The notes: generated from the sequence alone by a model not told the origin. 64,000 nt of DNA from Octopus sinensis (GCF_006345805.1 NC_043004.1:36952001-37016000), one strand, 5' to 3'. Positions 39,910 to 53,541 are shown, counted from the first letter of the stretch. Numbers and translations: made by a program.

Positions 39910-42872
39910 TTATCCTCCTTTTCTTGAACAAGTTTATTTCAATTCCTGTTCCACAAAAGCTTAACTTATACGGGAAAGGGGAAGCAAAAACACTTGGTTT
40001 TAATCAGGGCTGCAGACGCAAATATAACGAAATTACAGGAGCTGGAATATAAAGTTAGGCGTTCCTTGAAAGCTGTGAATGATAAAGCAAAGCATGGTAG
40101 AGCTAAAATTAGGAATCTGGCGATAAAACATTACAGATGGGAACCATTCGTCAGTTGTTGTTGAAGAGTAAGAGGAATGAAATGCAATTAGAAGTGGGTG
40201 GAGGAAGAAGAAAACAAATTAGAAATGAAAAATAAAACATGGAAGATACAAACGCAGATGTCACTCGTGCACACACGCACACACACACACACATACACAG
40301 CTGACTGGGAATGTGTTGAGTTAAATCTCTCTACATAAATGCGAGATCTCCATCTCCCTTTGATTATGATGAATGGGTAGAACACTTAAAGAGAGTGGGG
40401 GACGTTACTCGCCCCCTTTACTTGGATCCAACCCAAATATGTTATTACCATGTGGAAACATTTACACAAGATTAAAATAAGAGAAAAAATCGAGTATTAG
40501 GACTACAGATAAGCTTTTATCCATTTATTCTGAATTTTTTTATCACATCGTCTGCTTTGTTCAATTAGTTTCTCTTCCTCACTCCTCACTTATTAAAATT
40601 AGTACGATTTCATAATGCCTGGTAGCAAATATAGGTTAAAGTACTTTACTAAAGCAATGGGCGTTGTGCAACGGACGTGACCGAAAAAAAATGAAGAAAA
40701 CAAAGCTTTACATCTCATGAACTGTCTATACTCTTTCGTACTCCATCAGAGGAGAGTTCGTTGAATATGCAGATAGCAAAATCTTGCGTGTTTCTATTCT
40801 TGTCAGTTATACTAACCAAAATATTGAGGTAAAAGGAACACGGAGAGAATAGTTGAAATGCTGTGCTTGATTCTCTGCTTCACAGCCAGTTGGTTTGTTC
40901 CTCACTAAATATTAATGGCGATACGTATTAACTGTGATATGTCATTAAACTAAAAAGTGAGTACAGTAGGGTGAGTGAAGCAAATGATAGCTGCATATGC
41001 ACACTAAACGCTGGTATCTATCTCAAATTAAATATTCACTGCATCCACGAGGACTATACACGTAGCTGGAATAAGCCATACAACACAATTGAAGGGGAAA
41101 ATAATACTTATACATTTTATGTATGAGTTTTGGATTAAATTATTCAATATATATACATAAGTCGAAGCTAAACTAATTGAGGACTTAAAATAGACATTAT
41201 GATGTGATCTAAAGGTAGATGTGAAAGCGTGAAGTATATTATAAAGCTTATTTTACAAAGGTGGGAAATGCATTCATTTCTTTACAAAGGAAATTAAACA
41301 AAATACTACTCTTAGGCTGTAAATAACGATTTTCTTGTGATTTTATAGACCTTGCTTAACCTAGATAAATTGAAATATAAAATAAAGAAAACTTTCAAAT
41401 TGATACTAAATTTGAAAATCCCAGCCTCCTCCAACCTGGTTCCGCCTGTTTATTACATATGTATTCCATATTTTGTGATAATATTTTCTAACTATATTTT
41501 ATAAGGTTAATTTGGAAACATCAAAGACAGTCGAAAACGAAAACTAGTTAACAGCTAATGCTAGCAATAAACATAGAGTTTATGCGTTAGATCGATGTTA
41601 TATTCAATAGATATACAACATTATTGTATCAAATGGAACTAGTAGTATGGCTGAAGAAGGCGGTATTTATCTTTCGGAAGTTGTACAATAGCAGATGACA
41701 CGACTGTGAATGATACCAGAGCATATGTATGGAAGTGCGATGTTGAGGTTTTTCTAGGAATAGAATTATTCCTGCATTCTTTAGTGAATCAAATATTTAC
41801 CCACACTTGGGAACCTATCGCGGTTATATGATAAAGAGAAAGAAATTGATCGATTGTGCTGTGAGATGATGTGGTTAACTAAATTCTTAATTAAGAAAAT
41901 TATAAATTAATTAAAAATAAACTTAAAACATAGCAAGACAATCTGAAAGTGGGAATAACATTTCCCACTCTTTCTCACCTATACACAGATTCTGAGTGTG
42001 TGAATTGTTTTACTGTGGAACGGGTGTCGTTTTCCGAAAATTTTACATATTTAACTTAATTGGAGATTCTAAAATGACTTCACAGAGATGCATAAAAAAA
42101 ATTGAATAGTTTTAATTTGAAACTACAACGAAGTAGTTCTAACATCAAAACAACAGATTTGCTGTGTCTTATCGGTTTAGTTTACAACTAAATATAATGT
42201 AGCGAAGCCATTTTTAAGACTGCGATTTCGTTTAAGTTTGGCTGTGAGTGTGCTGACAGCAGAATCTTACATTAACATTGTGGGTTAGGAATATGTTTAC
42301 AAGTGGTGCATTTTGCAATCATTTGTGGTAGTAAAATAGAGTTAGATTTTTAAATGGTTTTAAATGTTTACAGAAATATATTCAACAACGATGCTATCAA
42401 ATTACTCCAAGTAAATAAACATCGAAAATTGTTGGAAATAAAATGGTGGGGGGACATTTTACTCCTAATTTAATGTATTTGTTTTTTTTCTTTTCTTTTT
42501 TCTTAACTCATGTTTATGTTTTTAAAAATATTGCTGTCCAGATAGTATTTAAATTTGGTGGAGTTTTACAGCAAAAATTTATTAAAACATTTCACCGTTA
42601 CGAAGATAATATTCATTTGCGGTGTGTTAATGCAACTCTTTATGACTTAAAAAAAGAGAGAAGGTAACTTGATATGGAAATAAGATGAGGAGTGAATTAA
42701 TTGGTGCTACAAGAATTGTGCATTAAATTGACAGACAGAAATAATGAGCAGTGAATGCGGAAAGATAGATATCTTTAAACAAATACCAGTTAACAAAAAT
42801 AAATCATAAAGCTCTCTCTCTCTCCTTCTTTCTCCCTTCCCTTTCTCCATGTGTGCGTGTAAGTATATATAC

Positions 42873-42914
<42 letters not shown>

Positions 42915-43559
42915 TTTATACACATTAATACAAAAGTATATTCATACTTATATATACATGCATAAAAAAACATACATAAATGCATATTTACATAAAGACA
43001 TAAGTGTGTGTATGTATGTGGGGGTGGGTGTTATCGTTATCGTATTATTCTTTCATTCATTTTCTTGTTCTGTGAGCAGCAACCCTAGGAAAAAAAGCCT
43101 CTACTACCACTACCACTACTACTACTGCTGCTGCTGCTGCTGCCGCTGCTGCTCGCTTTTACAACAATGTCTACACTGCGCACACTCTTGGCAAATCTCC
43201 ATTTCTATCCTCTTCCACCACCTCCAGCTTCGCCACTTTATATAAACTCAAGCCAAGTGCGAATGTACCGTCAATCACTTCAAACTAACAAGGTCACCAG
43301 TACTGCCTGATGGGGGCCCGTCCATTACACTCAGACGCTGTGCCCAAAATTAGCACATGCTTTCCAAGGTCTTCCATCTCTCCCTCTCTATAGGGGCCTA
43401 ACCTTGTCTTTGGGAACCTGTTAGACTGTGACATGGATCCTAGAAATGCAGCTTCTCTTTAGCAAAAGTTCTCCATCACACTGGATGTTTCTCTTTCTCA
43501 ATGACCACCAGTATTGTTTACATAAAGCCAGCTCTTCTGGTTATCTGCTAAAAGCTAAA

Positions 43560-43725
43560 CGTATTCGTTTCTGACACAAAGCCAGCAATTTTGAAGGGCG
43601 ACATTAATTGACACTATCAGCTCCAGAAATTGACAGCTACTTTATTTTATTATCCTCGAAATGATGAAAACTGAACAAATACTGCGAAACATTTTTTTCC
43701 GATGTTCTAACGATTCTGCCAAATC
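43560..43725 (-). mobile_element. SINE family B, highly diverged
   Basis: CCTCGAAATGATGAAAA and CGATGTTCTAACGATTCTGCCA resemble the minus-strand family B head. Confidence 0.5.
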
Positions 43726-44787
43726 ATTGCCTTGTAAAGGTGAAACAATTGCATGGAAAACGACGATCCAATCTGAAGAATTAAGTTGGTTAATATTGGT
43801 TTCATAACGTTTTCAATTTCATTTAAGAGATTCAATTTTTTTTCTGTTGAATTGTCTTTTCTGTTTTAGTCAACGAACTAGAAACCTCATCTTTTTCAAA
43901 TATCGTGAAACTGAACCGGAATAATGACGGGCATTAGAATTAATCCGTTGGATAGAAATTGCTGTCAATGTTTGGATTGAGATTAGAGAGAAGGAATTAA
44001 ACAGTTAACTAAAGCTGAGTAGCAGACAGCAACCAAAATCAAATACAAACTGATGTTTTATGACATGCAGGAAATACAAAATATTGAAGCGAAGAATTAT
44101 AGCCACCTACGTCACTAATTTCAGTGAGAAAGCAATGAACAACACAACTTCACACATTACTTCCATTAAAGTATACATTTGTTATGCCAAATCAAATTAA
44201 GGTCCTGTCTGTCCTAATGTTATATCTCAGAATACGAGCGAGTAATAAAAGGAGAATTGGATTAATAGTTTCTACAATACTTACTTGAGGAAAAATCTAC
44301 TGCATCTTCTGGCGCAACAAAGTGTCTGGTGAGGAATCTACCACAAAACTGGTTGTAATACTATGTCCGTTGAAATAAAGGGACAACGACTCGATAGCTA
44401 GGCTAAGGACTCAATCTGAACCAGTACAAGATACCAAAGATAGCATTAATGTGGATACCGCTTTGAAAGTGAACGCCTGGGCGACTAAAGGACGCTTGGT
44501 TTAGAACATCGAAAGGAAACTAAAGAGATATATATTTAACATACAACAAGGAACAGAATTTTGCTAAAATCCAGTCTGGGAAAAATCATAAATTCGTATT
44601 GGTGATTCAGTTGTTGCATTATTTGAATTGAGCCGGGCTTCAAAATTGGTTTTTATTTTTATTTATTTATCTGCTGTTTGTAAACAACAGTTCACGGCGT
44701 TAAAATATCAGATGTGTTTTACGATATAATATTTAACTTTTACTTTCAAACCTTAAAGATTTTTAAAGGAAATCAGTATTTAATGTT

Positions 44788-45119
44788 AGAAATATTAAAT
44801 TTCTAAATATCTCAGAGAGATATGAGCGGTAGTGGTACGAAAGAGCAGTTGTATACTGTCAACTTAACGTGACAGTCCCATAGAGGTATCTTCAGCTAGC
44901 AGGCCATGCTACTCCAGACTGATGACGAGCAAGACTCAGAAACATGTTTCTGGGTACGGGCCTAGCCGTTGGGGGTGCTTGTCTCCCTTTTGTAAACATA
45001 AGGACACAGGAAATGTGTCAAAGCCGACAGGAAGCGTTGATGCTTCCTAGGGCTAAATATCGGTGGTGTAATTCCCTCTACGGGACTGTCACGTTAAGTT
45101 GACAGTATACAACTGCTCT
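44788..45119 (+). mobile_element. 332-bp non-coding insertion with 16-bp TSD, 45-bp inverted repeat and internal hammerhead
   Basis: ATCAGTATTTAATGTT at 44772-44787 and 45120-45135; inverted repeat 44842-44886 vs 45075-45119 (1 mismatch); HHR at 44910-44956. Confidence 0.85.
44910..44956 (+). ncRNA. Minimal type I hammerhead ribozyme, intact core
   Basis: Stem I TAC(T)CCAGA/TCTGGGTA; CTGATGA 44919-44925; C GAG caaga CTC A; GAAA 44939-44942; palindromic stem III ACATGT; GUU site, H17=44948. Confidence 0.8.
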
Positions 45120-45768
45120 ATCAGTATTTAATGTTTTTAATTAGAATTCTATGTGTGCCTTCCCTCATTGTTATCTCGGAATGATTAGAGACTGAGCGTA
45201 GTGTAATTAACAAAATGTCGATAAAGAAATAAAAGATTCTACTTCTGGCAAGTGACTACCGGGGAGATTGAGCTTTACATTTATTTGGCATATTTGAAGA
45301 TTTTGAAGATGAAGGGAATTGGCGGGGATGGGCAAACGGGGATAGTTACATCAGTTTATTTAAGATGATAGCAGCAAATGTTAGACGAACAAAATGGTTT
45401 CAGTGTTTATTTAGTTTTTCTTGTTGAATGTCTTTCGTCGTGAATGGAGTAGAACGAGGAATTGCTATGTAAAGGAATAAAATATGATTATTGATTCAGT
45501 GAAAGATATCATAATACCTGCCATTTTCAGAGTTCAGAATCAACTTAAGTAATATTCATCTCTAATGGAAATTAGATTATTCCTATTATGTAATGCCATT
45601 CTTCGAAGTAAATATCGAGACTATAGCAAATGTTTGGCGAAATCAGAAGATAAGGAGTCGGGAAAAAAAGAAATTGTAAGAGTAGAAATAATTGAGGAAA
45701 AAAAAGCAGAAAAAAAAAACGAGGAGAATTCAAAGAAAATATTCAACAAGACATTGTGTGAAAATATT

Positions 45769-45856
45769 TGTGCAGTGTCTATACGGTTGTACAGTGTCCG
45801 TACGTCTGTACAGTGTCTGTACGGTTGTACAGTGTCTGTACTGTTGTACAGTGTCT
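45769..45856. repeat. 19-bp minisatellite, about 4.6 copies (TGTACAGTGTCTGTACGGT)
   Basis: Units start at 45769, 45788, 45807, 45826 and 45845. Confidence 0.9.
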
Positions 45857-46622
45857 CTAAAGTTGAACAGCTCGATTCTAAAGTGTGTGAATGTATTCTG
45901 CTCGATTCTAAAATAGAAATCAAACATCGAAGATATAATAATTGATTTCATTAATTTCGTTTGTTTTTTTTTTAATTATTTTGATTCATTACTTTTATGA
46001 GAAATGATAAATACTTTGAAAAATGAGGCAATGAATTCGTAGTAAAGTAAGACAGCACCCACCATTAGTTGCATTGAATCAACTAAAGCTTTATTATAAC
46101 ACTGTGCTCTATTAACCTAACTCAAGGAGAAATTGGGTTTTCTTTTCCATGATCGATCAGCTTAAAATTTAGACCTCGCAGCAATCATAGTCATGTTTGT
46201 TTGCTTTATATTTGCGTGGTAAACACAATCCGCATTGAAATTGAATTTTCACTGATGTTTCCGCTAGGACTTAATAAATAAAAGAAGCTTGACTAATTAA
46301 AAATGCTACTATCTCAATGGAAACTGATTGCATGGAATAAATAAACCGAAAGCAACATTAAAAATAAAAACACAAAAATATATTGATAAAAATTTTAGTT
46401 CCGAGAATTAAAAAAATAAATAAACGAGGTGTTTTCTTTACAACTCACCAACCTATAACTGTTTTCGTACAAGTACACACACAGAGGACGAGGTGAAGAT
46501 GAAAGAAAAATAAGATACTTTAGATGATTGTGCTATGGTTCTACATTCAAATCTCCTTGTGACCGTTTCAAAATCCAAACATCGATGATCTTTCTATATG
46601 TAGTGTGTGTGTATGGTTACTG

Positions 46623-46664
<42 letters not shown>

Positions 46665-46666
46665 TG

Positions 46667-46983
46667 GGACTCGATCGGTTACGACGACGAGACTTCCTGA
46701 TGGTCCTTCAACGGAACAGCCTGCTCGTGAAGTTAACGTGCAAGTGGCTGAGCATTCCACAGACACGCATAAACTTCACGTAATTCTCAGGGATAATCAG
46801 CGAGACACCGAATATGACAAAACTAGGCATTTTAAGTAGAGGAACAACTGAATTTTGTCAGCTGAGTGGACTGGAACCATGTGAAATGAAATAAATGATC
46901 TTGCTCAAGGACGCAACGTATCGCTGAGAATCGAACTCACGACTGGGAGCCGAATACTTTAACCACTAAGTCACGCGCCTTCA
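46667..46983 (-). mobile_element. SINE family C
   Basis: Minus-strand tRNA-like head (GAAGGCGCGTGACTTAGTGGTTAA...GAGTTCGATTCTC), CCTTGAGCAAGA domain, shared body. Confidence 0.8.
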
Positions 46984-46994
46984 ATATCTATCTA

Positions 46995-47040
<46 letters not shown>

Positions 47041-47152
47041 TGGCCTGCTCGCTTAGCCAGCGGGGTGGCGTCATTCGAAGGCTAAAACAATGCGAACGCA
47101 TTGCGACCAGCGATGTGTAACAACATCTGATGGTCTGGTCAGTCACGTGATG

Positions 47153-47190
<38 letters not shown>

Positions 47191-47564
47191 TAAATTGCTG
47201 GTGGGACACTGTATTTCGTTTTTGAAACCATAATTTACTATCAAGTGTATTAGAGGCTTATAAGTCAATAATATTGTGTCCTATTATTGGTGCTAGCAAT
47301 GCGATTTATTGAATTTCAAATTCTCTCTAGAGATCTTCTACAGAAATAAGACCCAGCAAATTATAGTTTGTATACGAATACGTCTATGTAAACAATGCGA
47401 TCAAAGACACAAAAATAGGGAATGGGTGTACATGCACATTTCAGGAGTTGTTGTTACTTTTTCAGCGCTACATTCAACCCATTAACCGTCCAGGAATACA
47501 GCGCTTAAATGGCCACCAGGTTTAGTGATGTAACATACATACATACGTATATATACATACATAC

Positions 47565-47629
<65 letters not shown>

Positions 47630-47659
47630 GTCAAAATAGTGGATTCTCTCTCATAGTTT

Positions 47660-47726
<67 letters not shown>

Positions 47727-48302
47727 CGTGTGTATTAGTGTTTGCTTTTATGTTGTTATAATAAAAGCACTTTTACATTATATATATGTATATACTGGAG
47801 AGGGTGTATATACACACATTCAATTTTATGTCTGCAATGTGTGTGTATGTGACGTTATGCGAGTGTATGTAACGTATATGTACGTATTGCTTGTGTGTGT
47901 GTGTAGCTTTTGTACATGCAGAGTATGTGTGTATGTAGTGTACGTGTATAGTATATATGCGTAATGTGCATTGTGTACGAAAATTTGAAAATCTAAAGAT
48001 TGAATGCAGAAAAATATGAAAAGAAATTCAAGTCAAAATATGTAATTAGATTACAATCCAATTAATTTTAATTTTTCGTTTACAAATGGGATTGTTTCTG
48101 CCACGTCGGATTCAGTATAAGGAATTTGCAGATTGCATTACATATATGTACAGATTTCTGTATATACTCCGTCGTCGTCGTCGTCGTCGTCAAACGTCTG
48201 TCATAGGTAAAGCTTGATTGTTCCCGTCTGTCTCCTCTGAACAATACGCCTTTGGACGCTAAGACAGTTGGTATATATTATACACACATATACACAGGTA
48301 CT

Positions 48303-48335
<33 letters not shown>

Positions 48336-48339
48336 ATGT

Positions 48340-48545
48340 GACCGCGTGTGTACCGTTGGCGATTTGTTTTCCTCCGTCTTCCCTTCTCTGGATCTTTCCT
48401 TTTCCTATGTTTCTGACGAAGAGCTCCGCTCGAAACGTAAAACCCTCTTTCTTCCCTTCCGTCCTCAGCGTCCAATAATACTATATTTGTTCCACATCCT
48501 CGCGTTGTTGTGTTTTCTCTTTGTGTTTTCATGTTTGGATTAACT
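48340..48545 (+). mobile_element. Short PLE-derived element between (TG)n and (TA)n
   Basis: Pyrimidine-rich block containing the minimal HHR; bounded by microsatellites. Confidence 0.65.
48409..48443 (+). ncRNA. Minimal (dimer-type) type I hammerhead ribozyme, intact core
   Basis: GTTT CTGACGA A GAGC TCC GCTC GAAA C G T A AAAC. Stem III is reduced to the palindrome ACGU; GUA site, H17=48439. Confidence 0.8.
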
Positions 48546-48613
<68 letters not shown>

Positions 48614-49807
48614 ATATGCATACACATTTATAAGTATTGAGTTCTTTCTTCAGATTATGTGTTTTGCTACCAAGAATCACAAATAATACAAAAGCTCCAC
48701 TTCGGGCCACACATTACTAAAAGTAAAAAGACGTTGCTATTTCTTCTTAATTATTCAATTTTAAATTTTATAGTTTCCTTAGCACCACCATAATCAAAAC
48801 TCCCCCACCCCCACACTCCTTTATATTTGGGTTAAAAGTTCAATTCTGCTTTTTGCTCATCTTGTAAGCTTCCGTCGCAGATTCTCCTACTTTAACCCAC
48901 CACTACTCCAACACTTATCCAACCCAAAATCAGCTAAGTTTTCTTTTCCTCGCGTGACTATCATTCTTTTCCTGCACGACGTTCTAAGGGCTAGACGCCT
49001 TCTATCTTTTCAAAGAAATTATTTCTCCTAGCGTTCTCTATTTTCCTCTCGTTCTGGTCTAACGACCCTCTTTGTTTGTTTTCGTTCGGTTTCCTTGTAT
49101 GTCTCCACTGTCCCGTTTTTGTTTCCAACTTTGACCCTCAATAAATCCAAAATTCTATTTTGGAATTTATGGGAGCAACTGTCTTCGAAGACTCATATTG
49201 TCGTTGAATGCTCGAAATGAGGAGTAGATAAACAGCCGACAACTGATGAAGGGTCGTTCTTTGTGCTACTTGTCCAGTTTTCCATTTTTCTCTCGTTGTT
49301 TGCAGATTTAACTCATTAGTTTTCGTACTTCATGTTGCTTACACAGTTTGTGACGTCCTCTACCCACATATGTATAATCATTAGTCCGACAAAATATATC
49401 TTGTCCAAATAACGGTTAAATTAAATATTTCATTCACTTTCAAACTTTTCTTTTGACTACTTTATTCTCAGTGACCGGACAGTTCTTATGAACGTGTCAC
49501 CTGCTGAAGTGTAGTCACTTGTAACATGCTGAGCATGAGCTGATAGGAACACGAACTCGAAGAGGGCCTCCACGATGCAACAAGTATCTTGCCATTCCTT
49601 GTAAGGTTTGCCTCTCATTTTGCTGTAACTTTTACATAGAGTAGCGAAAATGACTGAATTCTGTAGCGAACACAAGTAGTCTTATACACACACACACACG
49701 TATGTATGTATGTATATATGTATGTATATATATATATATATTAAGCCCCCTCCCTTACTTCCTTTCAGTAGTGGTAAGAAGGGGAGTAGGGTAGACCGTG
49801 TAGGATA

Positions 49808-50184
49808 GCTGTGCAGGCTGTGTGTTAAGAAGCTTGCTTCCCAACCACATGGTTCCGGGTTCAGTCCCACTGAGTGGCACATTAGACAAATGTCTTCTAA
49901 TATAGCCTCGGGCAGACCAAAGCCTTATGAGTGGATTTTGGTAAACGGAAACTAAAAATGACCGTCGTATATGTTTGTGTGTGTTTATCTCCACCTCTCC
50001 ATCGCTTGACAACCGATGTTGGTGTGTTTGCGTCCCCGTAACATAGCGGTTCGGCAAAAAAGACCTATAGAATAAGTTTTAGGCTTACTATAATAAGTCC
50101 TGGGTCGATTTCTCGACTAAAGGTGATGCTCCAGCATAGCCGCAGTCAAATGACTGAAACAAGTAAAAGAATAAAGGAATAACA
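49808..50184 (+). mobile_element. SINE family A
   Basis: CATGGTTCCGGGTTCAGTCCCACTG head through to the AAATGACTGAAACAAGTAAAAGA tail. Confidence 0.85.
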
Positions 50185-50217
50185 GGTGTATATGTGCATC
50201 ACCCCACTTTGAATTAT

Positions 50218-50293
50218 ATGGATAATACCATACCAAATGCTGGTGCCTTTAACTTAAGTACCATATTCAACTGAATCTAAATTTTTACTGAAC
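50218..50293 (-). mobile_element. Fragment of the 2990-3405 element family
   Basis: Reverse complement of about 2990-3062 with few mismatches. Confidence 0.8.
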
Positions 50294-50330
<37 letters not shown>

Positions 50331-50769
50331 TGTATGTATGTATGTATGTATGTATGTATGTATGTATGTGTGCGTGAACGTGAAATGACGTAATTTTTCA
50401 AATAGATATAGATAGGAACATTGTTTGCTCATTACCGTGTCTATGGCTGTCTTATCTGGTCTACAGAAGTCGAATTACTCATTTGCTGCTCATTGAAATA
50501 CATTGAAGCAGTGTTTGTTTAGTAAATACATCGCCAATTACCTATCCAATGATTCATGACTTGTATGACTCAGAGTGCGGTGCGTTGGTTAAACAGGGAT
50601 ATGCTAGGACTGTGGATGCGTACCGTAGCTTTGGGAGTGAAAAGCGTTGAGATCAAAGAAATATTGGAATCCTATAACCAAGAAAGAATTTATAATATAT
50701 ACAGGAATCCATAACAACAAATGCGTAAAAGCATTGCTATTAACAAATAATACTTAAGGAACATCAAAA

Positions 50770-50803
<34 letters not shown>

Positions 50804-52350
50804 AGAGAGGCTATGTGCAGTTTGTTGTTAGAGTGAATGGCTTAACTGCTACGAGTCAACCCTGAACTTGAAAAGTTCAGGGTTGACTGTGCTTCTGTGA
50901 TAATTCTAATAATGAGCTTCTGATGCGAGAAGTCAAAGAACTGTGTTAAATAAAACATTAACCAGTACGCATTAATGCGGAATTGCTAACTTTGCGAAAA
51001 GCAGGACTATAAAATATTACCGTAACATTGAAAGATTCATAGACATTCATGTTTGTATTGCACAAGCATGAAATAAATCTAGTTAGACGTGTAAATAAAT
51101 ATAGAAGCAGAAATTATCCTGTTAATTATAAGTAGGTAGGTGTATCAAGTTATAAGTGGGCTGGATGCAGTTTCTGAATGAAATCAGTATGTTTACCAAC
51201 AGTTACACCGAGATTGTTTTCTGAGAAGTTAAATATAGATTTATCTGTGTACGTTGAAATAGCAGCAGCTCTCAGATGGTCGGAGAATCACAGAGGACTA
51301 CTAACTTAGTTTATAGTCATATGTTGCCAGCCAAGAAAGCTTCCAACTGCTAGAAATAGTAACCAAATCTTCTTCCTAGCACACCTTATGACCTGAGAAA
51401 TGGGAAGCATTAAATAATGTGGTCCTCGATAAACTGTGCTTGTCATGACTAGAAACGCTTTGATTGTAGATCTTAGATTTAGAACCAAAGTCCTGTCTTA
51501 TTTGATTTTATACAAGCATTTCGGAAATTTGTTTTTAAACGGAGGATTGAAAATACCATATTAATAACTAATTATTTTTAGGGATTATTTAATGATTACC
51601 AAAATAACACCATTATACAAATTAACACCGACCGGTCAGAGATAATAATGTTAAGAAATGCTCCTTCTCAAAATATCCAAAAGTGAAGTTCAGAACAGCA
51701 CCGTAAGACCGAGAACTTGAGGTGTATTCTACGTTCCAGAGTCACTTCACGTTACATATGACGACCCACTAAATATTCCAGACAAACATTTTGGTGTATT
51801 GAATTTTTAAAGTAATTTTTTCACCAAGCCTCGTATATATTCAATTATAAAAAGTATTTAGTCCATTACGTTTTGATGCTAAAATAAACAATGTTGTAAT
51901 GGAATTCTTCTCAAACTGAACTATAAGAGTAAATTTTACATATACTGTACTTAGATACAGTCTGTAATTCTGAGTGATTCCTTCAATAAATCAGACTATA
52001 AGGAGTCTTAAAGTAGACTAGAAAACTACCATTTTCTTTCTCCAATTTAAGTTCTTAAAGACCTCATGACAAAAATAGTGTGTGTGTGTGCGCGCGCGCT
52101 TATAATAACAGGGTGAATATATATTTTTGCTATACTATAATACGATGTCTTTTATTCAGCGCAATGGTTGCAAGAACAAAATGATAAAACCGAATGGAAT
52201 TTTTATTACTCATCTGTTGGAAACATCACCTACAGCTTTGTTTCCTAACAATCAAATGTCAAACACATGATCTGGTATTTGGGGGATTAAAGAACATATA
52301 TGTGAGTGTGTGCGAGTGTGTGTGAATAAATATACATATATATGTGTGTA

Positions 52351-52400
<50 letters not shown>

Positions 52401-52611
52401 CATAAATGTATGTATCTATGTATGTGTCATGGCATTGTGTTCTTGTTTGTATAAGGAATTGGAAAGTTTATAGACGATGATAAAGTGAAATCTCTGCAAG
52501 TGAATATCAAGACAGGAATAATATTTGGTTGTTCGAGTGAATCACTCGTGACATAAGACAATAACAAACACTGTTTGTATCAAATTTTATTCAAGTAGGT
52601 CACATATCAAC

Positions 52612-52790
52612 TTTATCTTTTATCTTTTACTCGTTTCAGTCATTAAACTGCGGCCACACTGGAGCATCAGCTTGACGGATTTAGTCGAGCAAATCGGCCC
52701 CTGTATTTTATATTTAGTTGTGGTACTTGTTCCACCGGTTACTTTTTGCCGAACCGCTTTGTTACGGGGGCTGTTATGGTTTCCAAACCA
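52612..52790 (-). mobile_element. SINE family A 3' fragment
   Basis: TTTTACTCGTTTCAGTCATT..CTGCGGCCA..CTGGAGCA...TTTTGCCGAACCGCT. Confidence 0.7.
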
Positions 52791-52990
52791 CTCCATCATA
52801 TTTTCTATCAGCCATTTGTCATCAAAATATTCCACATATTCTCTTTCCGGCAAATTTCTAATATTTATAAACCATCAATCCATTTATGTGTGGATATTCG
52901 AATACGAATGCTTGTGTGTGAGTGAGTGAGTGTGCTAGTGAGTGTGTGTGCGAGTGAGTGTGTGTGCGAGTGAGTGTGTGCGAGTGTGTA

Positions 52991-53022
<32 letters not shown>

Positions 53023-53149
53023 TGTTTGTCAGTGAGTACTCCTTCCTAAGTTGATGTTCACATAGGTCCAGAAACTGATGTTTAAATTGATGTCACTTTA
53101 TGTTCAAGAACGTTTCTGTAAATATAGTCTTATAAAATAAGCACCAGGT

Positions 53150-53270
53150 GGAAATTAGTGACGCCAAGGTCGATAAAACAAGTACCAGATAAACACTAGG
53201 GTCGATGTAGTCGACTTACCCCTCCCCCAATATTGCCTGTTTTGTACAAAAATTTCAAATCATTATTATT
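53150..53270 (+). mobile_element. SINE family B 3' fragment
   Basis: GGTCGATAAAACAAGTACCAG..AAACACTAGGGTCGATGTAGTCGACT. Confidence 0.6.
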
Positions 53271-53294
53271 ATTACCAAATTGTTTAGTTCACAT

Positions 53295-53541
53295 TACAGT
53301 GTAAGGGGCATAGGACCGTCTCCCGTTGCTTCTTTTTGCTTTATTCTGGCGTATATATATTCCTGCCAAGACGGGATGCCAATCTTTAAGGGGATTACTC
53401 ACTTTTACCAGTGAAGTGGTCTGGAGCAATGTGAAATGAAGTGTCTTGCTCAAGAACATAACGTATCCCCCGGTCCAAGAATCGAAACAACAATCTTACG
53501 ATCATGAGTCCAGCCTCTAATCACTAAGCCATGTGCCTCCC
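53295..53541 (-). mobile_element. SINE with family C head and a different tail
   Basis: GAAGTGTCTTGCTCAAGAACA...GAATCGAAAC...CACTAAGCCATGTGCCTCC on the + strand. Confidence 0.72.

Noticed and set aside
41645-41695. CTGAAGAAGG..CGGAAGTTGTACAATA
   Set aside because: GAAA is mutated and stem II is poorly paired.
49170-49290. TCGAAGA..CTCGAAATGA and a nearby CTGATGA
   Set aside because: Core and stems are too degenerate, and the CTGATGA has no GAAA partner.
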